DNA from: Candidatus Dormiibacterota bacterium
Lineage (GTDB): Bacteria; Chloroflexota; Dormibacteria; Aeolococcales; Aeolococcaceae
Direction of reading: 5' to 3'
Length of the DNA: 64,000 bases
NCBI GenBank assembly: GCA_963718525.1
Contig: OY970355.1
Location: 2,976,001 to 3,040,000, forward strand
In this document: one piece after another, positions 59,531 through 64,000 of the stretch
How positions within the stretch are numbered: position 1 is the stretch's first letter
How the letters are laid out: each line of letters begins with the position of its first letter
Notes under the pieces: generated by a model
What the model saw: the letters and a program-made list of their open reading frames with translations, nothing else
Told to the model about the DNA's origin: nothing
Database searches by the model: none
Program-made: the position numbers and the translations under genes

Positions 59531-61080
59531 AGCGCAACGATCTGCTGGTGATTGCCGGCGCCGCTGACGACGAGCGACGCGCGACGGTACGCCGCACTGC
59601 ATGGATCGCGGCTGCGGCGATCGTGGTGCTCGTGCTGACGGTCCAGCCGTTCAGCAACACCGACGTGTGGTGGCATCTCGCCCTCGGGCGCCTGATCACG
59701 ACCAGCGGGATTCCGGCGCATGAACCCTTCAGCTTCCTGCCCGCCGCGCATGCATGGATCGGGCAGCAGTGGCTCTACGAGGTAACCCTCGCAGGGCTCG
59801 TGGGCGCGGGCGGTGCGGGCCTCGCCTCCCTGGTCATGGGCCTCGCTGCGGTTGCCGCGGTCGTGCTTGCTGGGCTCGCCGTGCCGCACTCAGCGCGCGT
59901 GAGCGGCCCCTGGATCGCCGTATCGATGGTGATCACAGGGATCGTCCTCAACACCGTGGTGGGCGTCACGAGCGCCGTGATCTCCATTCTCGGGGTCGCG
60001 ACCGTTCTCTTCGTCATCAGTCGCTGGCGCGACGGGCGGACCTCGATCGTCTGGGGATTGCCCGCGCTCTTTCTGCTCTGGGCAAACATGGACGCCGGTT
60101 TTGCTGCGGGCCTCCTCATCGTGCTCGCGGCGCTGCTGATGATTCCCAGAACCACATCGAACCAAGGCAGCAGGCGCCAGCTCGCGATGGCGCTGGGGAT
60201 CAGCGCCGTTGCGGTGCTGGCCAATCCGCTGGGGCCGGGGATCTACGCGTCGGTGCTGTCCGGGGTCTTCAACCCGGGAATCGCCCAGAGCCTGGCGAGC
60301 TTCGGATCGCCGAACTTCCACGACTGGTGGGCGCGGCTGTTCGAAGCCGAGATGCTGCTCGTCGTCGTGCTCTGGACAATCTCGGGAGGGCCCGACCGGT
60401 TCAGCGCTGTCACCGGTTTCGGACTGCTCGTGGCCACACTCTATGCACAGGAGAACCTGGGACTCTTCGCTGTGTTCATGACGCCACAGCTCGCGATCCA
60501 CGGGTCGCGCGCCTGGAACCGGCACGTGGCTCCGCGCATCACCCGAGGTCCGCAGTATGTGGGCCGCCACCTCCACCCACTCGCGATCGGCGCAGTCCTG
60601 CTGGCGCTCACGGCAGCGATGGCGGTGGCAGTGGTGCCGCGGGTCAGCACATCGGCGGCCGCTTCATATCAGGCGACCCAATACCCCGAGGCGGCGGCCA
60701 CGTATACCGGGACCAACTTCCCGGGACAGCGGGTCTACACCATCGATGCCTGGGGCGGATACCTTGCATACCGTTTCCCGTCGGGTCGCGTGGTGTTCCT
60801 GTACGACGAGCCTGCCGTCTTCGGCAACGCCGCGCTGCAGCTGTACGACACCATCGATCAACTCGATCCGAACTGGGTCCACGTGCTGACCGGTGAAGGC
60901 ATTCACCATGCAATCCTTCCGTCCGATGCGCGCGAGGCGGCAGCTCTGCATGTCCTCGGATGGACGGTCAACTGCTACGACCCGGCGAGCAGCAGCGTCG
61001 TGATGTCGTCACCCCCAAACGGTGGAGGGGCGCCTCCCGCGCCCGGACCTGTCATCCCGCCTGGGGCCTCGGACTGCTGA
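59527..61080 (+). CDS. Second multi-TM membrane protein, paralog of the upstream gene
   Basis: NTDVWWHLALG...EPFSF...QQWL, LWANMDAGF, SPNFHDW, WGGYL; GTGA overlap with the upstream gene. Confidence 0.7.
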   Translation: MKRNDLLVIAGAADDERRATVRRTAWIAAAAIVVLVLTVQPFSNTDVWWHLALGRLITTSGIPAHEPFSFLPAAHAWIGQQWLYEVTLAGLVGAGGAGLASLVMGLAAVAAVVLAGLAVPHSARVSGPWIAVSMVITGIVLNTVVGVTSAVISILGVATVLFVISRWRDGRTSIVWGLPALFLLWANMDAGFAAGLLIVLAALLMIPRTTSNQGSRRQLAMALGISAVAVLANPLGPGIYASVLSGVFNPGIAQSLASFGSPNFHDWWARLFEAEMLLVVVLWTISGGPDRFSAVTGFGLLVATLYAQENLGLFAVFMTPQLAIHGSRAWNRHVAPRITRGPQYVGRHLHPLAIGAVLLALTAAMAVAVVPRVSTSAAASYQATQYPEAAATYTGTNFPGQRVYTIDAWGGYLAYRFPSGRVVFLYDEPAVFGNAALQLYDTIDQLDPNWVHVLTGEGIHHAILPSDAREAAALHVLGWTVNCYDPASSSVVMSSPPNGGGAPPAPGPVIPPGASDC

Positions 61081-61084
61081 AAGG

Positions 61085-62438
61085 TCAGGCTCGTTCGCCT
61101 GATCCAGGGAGGTCGACGACGGACCGCGCGGCCTCGAGGCCGGCTTCCAGCCGCTCGGTTCGCGCCTCCGAGGCTTCGCCCGGGACGGGGGATCCACCAG
61201 ACAGCACCTGGACCAGGTCCTCACGCTCGAGCAGCCGGTAGATCTCGGCTGCGCCATCCTGCGCGGGCTTTCCGACATCGTCGAGTCCGGCTCGCCTCGC
61301 CTCGGCAGCAACGAGCAGCAGCGTCGCGGCACACGCTTCGAGATCGTCCTGCCCCATCGAGAGGATCACCGCCTGCTCGGCGTAGCCAAGCGCGCGCAGG
61401 AGTGCGCCACGCCTGATCGCCACCTCGGCGAGCGCTCGTGAACCCGATGCGGCCAGTGAGTTCGAGCCCGAGGCTCCGTGCGATCACCACACTCTCGGTG
61501 AGCCGCCGCGCGGCGTCGTCCACCGCGCCTGCGAGCAGTGCGATCCTGCCGAGGTCGTGGAGTGCTTCCGCGGCCAGAGTCAGGTCGCCGCCTCGACGTG
61601 CGCTGTCGAGGAGCTCCTCGCCGTAGCCCGCGGCCGCCGCGTAATCATTGCGAGCCCGGGCGAGGCCGCCGAGCGCCGCGAGCGTCCGCTCGCGGATCTG
61701 CCGCTCGGTGCCGCCGCTGAGGGTGAGCGCCTGCTCGAGGCAGAGCTCCGCATGCGCTGTGTCCCCGGAGTGGAACGCCTCGGCAGCGACGTCGATGAGC
61801 AGGCCTGCGGTGGCCGCCCGAAGCTCGCCACGCTGGTCGCGTGCGAGCGCCTCGCCGATGTTGCGCATCGCATGACCGCCTCGGCCGGCGTCCAGCTCGA
61901 CGCGCGCAAGGTTGACAAGAGCCTTGGCCACGATCGCGTCGTCACCTGCGCGGCGGCCGAGCTCGGCCGATTTTTCGAGCAATGCGACAGCGCTGACCAG
62001 ATCACCCGCGTGCGCGGCGTGACGCCCCCACTCGCCTGCCACAGCAGCCTGGAGCACCACGTTGCCGCTGCGCTCGGCGAGGCGAAGCGCAGCTTGCCAG
62101 TACGCGTCCGCGGCCGCATCACCTGCATTCGACAGCGCGGCGGCGAGGTCCGACATCGCGCTCGACGCCCACTCCGGGCGTGCGAGCGACCATACGTTCA
62201 GTGCGGTGAGAACGTCTGCCGAGGCTCGAGAGCTATCGCCGGTAAGTTGATACGCGAGTCCGCGCGCGAGCAGCGCACCGCCGCGTTGCTCGGGTGCTCC
62301 ATCTGGCGAGAGCCGGTCGAGAGCGCGGTCATATGCGGCGATCGCATCCGCGAGGCGACCGTCCCTGAGGGCGGCCGCGCCGGCTGCGAGGTCATCCGGA
62401 CGATCCGGCTGCAAAGCGGCGATTGCTGGTGGTGACAC
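61085..62438 (-). CDS. TPR-repeat protein; one extra base at ~61461
   Basis: Repeated helical units (ARRGGDLTLAAEALHDLGRIALLAG). ORFs 61221..62438 and 61085..61423 join if one base is removed from CTCGAACTCA, giving ...IARSLGLDSLAASGSRALAEVAIRRG. Confidence 0.7.
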
Positions 62439-62599
62439 GGCTGACCTGAAGTTTCCAGGACCGGGGCATGCATGCGTTCGCCTGTAACAGTGGGTGGTGC
62501 GGCATCGTTACGAGACCTTCGTCTGGCAACCGCGAACCGCCATTAGGCTCACCAGAGTGAGCGAGGCGATCCGCGGCCGTACACGCGGGCCAGACAACC

Positions 62600-63985
62600 G
62601 TGGCTGAAGCTGTGACCGGGGAGCTGACGCAGTCGGCCCACGCACGCCCGATGACGAACTCACCCGACCGTCCGGCGGGTCGCCTGCCGACCAAGCGACC
62701 CCGCAGCGAGTCCAGCACCATGCCGGCTCGAGACCGCCGAGCCGGGATCGAGCGAACCATCGAGCTCAGCCGCTGGATGGTGCTGATCTTCGCGGCCGTC
62801 GCCAACAACTTCCCAGGGCTGGCCACCGGCCAGTCGACGGCGGCTGTCAACCTCGTGCTCGGCGCATGGGGGGTGTTCAACCTCGCCGCTACGGTCATGC
62901 TCCTCGCCCATCGCATCCCGGGTCGCCGCCTTCAGGTGGCGACCATCGTGCTCGACCTCGCCGTCGCCAGCGGACTTGTCTACCTGACCGGTGGCTACAA
63001 CTCCGACCTCGCGGTCACGTTCTTCATCGTTGTGATCGCCAGCAGCCTTCGCTTCGGACTCGTCGGGAGCCTGGTGTGTGCGTTCGTTGCCGGCGTCGCA
63101 TATTTCGTGGTCGGATTCGACGTCGCCAATCATCACCTCGACACGACGCTCATCGATGCGCTGGTGTCACGCCTGTTCCTGCTCTTCGTGGTGGCGCTGA
63201 GCAGCAACCTCCTCGCCCGGGAGCTGGTCGGCGAGCGCGACGCCCAGGTGCGCAGGTCCATCGAGCTCGAGCACGCGGCGTTCGCGGAGCTGCGCGAGGT
63301 CGACCGCATCAAGAGCGAATTCATGATGCTCGCCTCCCACGAGTTGCGGACACCATTGACCAAGATCAAGGCGTGGCTGACACTCATGCATGACGCGGGC
63401 GACCGGCTCCCTCAGGATGCGCGCGACGAGGGCCTGCACGAGCTGCGCCTCGAGGCCGAGCACCTGGCGCGTCTGACCGACAACCTGCTGTGCATCGCCC
63501 AGCTCGAATCTGGTGAGATCCGCCTCAAGACGGCGGCCGTCGACCTCGAGAACGTGTTCCGCGAGGTCATCGCGCGCTTCGTCGAATCCGCCGACCACGA
63601 TCGCTTCGCGATCACCGTCGCCGCCGACGCGCAGCGCGTGCTCGCGGATCACGAGCGTCTTGCACTGGTCGTCGCGTGCCTCATCGACAACGCGCTGAAG
63701 TTCTCCCCCGACTCCGAGCCGGTGCGCGTCACCACGTACCGTGCGGTGAACAAGGTGCACGTCGAGGTCAGGGACAACGGGCGGCGTATCCCGGACAGCG
63801 ACGTCGACCGTGTCTTCGCGTCCTTCTATCAGGTCGAGTCGCCACTGCTCCGACAGCGAGGAGGATTCGGCGTCGGCCTCTATCTCGCGCGACAGCTGGT
63901 CGAGCGAATGGGCGGCAGGATCTGGATCGACAACTCACGCGCGCGTGGCAACACCTTTGTCGTGGCGCTGCCGGTGCACGTCTGA
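62600..63985 (+). CDS. Membrane sensor histidine kinase (HisKA + HATPase_c)
   Basis: About 6 TM, ASHELRTPLT, LIDNALKFS, DNG, GFGVGLY. Start may be ATG 62719. Confidence 0.92.
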   Translation: MAEAVTGELTQSAHARPMTNSPDRPAGRLPTKRPRSESSTMPARDRRAGIERTIELSRWMVLIFAAVANNFPGLATGQSTAAVNLVLGAWGVFNLAATVMLLAHRIPGRRLQVATIVLDLAVASGLVYLTGGYNSDLAVTFFIVVIASSLRFGLVGSLVCAFVAGVAYFVVGFDVANHHLDTTLIDALVSRLFLLFVVALSSNLLARELVGERDAQVRRSIELEHAAFAELREVDRIKSEFMMLASHELRTPLTKIKAWLTLMHDAGDRLPQDARDEGLHELRLEAEHLARLTDNLLCIAQLESGEIRLKTAAVDLENVFREVIARFVESADHDRFAITVAADAQRVLADHERLALVVACLIDNALKFSPDSEPVRVTTYRAVNKVHVEVRDNGRRIPDSDVDRVFASFYQVESPLLRQRGGFGVGLYLARQLVERMGGRIWIDNSRARGNTFVVALPVHV

Positions 63986-64000
63986 TGCGCGGTGATCGGG

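Overview
High-GC bacterial chromosome segment. Gene content and a long N-terminal RpoC insertion suggest a Terrabacteria lineage such as Ca. Dormibacterota or Chloroflexota; this is an inference. Most of the window is core genome. The left side has a 2-oxoacid dehydrogenase E1-alpha/lpdA, ftsEX, prfB with its programmed +1 frameshift, secA and comF. The centre has the str-S10-spc-alpha ribosomal superoperon (minus strand, no infA) running divergently from rplJL-rpoBC (plus strand). The right side is a signalling/membrane-protein cluster. The main discovery is a 5.3-kb integrative element (9516-14798) inserted in the last codons (SEC-C zinc motif) of the essential gene secA. It has 18-bp att repeats that rebuild the SecA C-terminus and paired arm-type sites at both ends. 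It encodes an intact tyrosine integrase, an excisionase, a Rep_trans/MOB_T nicking enzyme with an ICEBs1-like nic hairpin, and an RHH regulator with three matching operator-like sites. Cargo is a cytoplasmic trypsin-like protease, a DUF6941-like gene and a coupled gene pair resembling an ADP-ribosyltransferase-fold toxin plus partner. Other observations: three apparent frameshifts all at GAGTC/GACTC (possible DNA-modification basecalling signature), a His-less DegS-like pseudokinase, a natural S12 K87R allele, long ribosomal-protein tails and many apparently leaderless genes.
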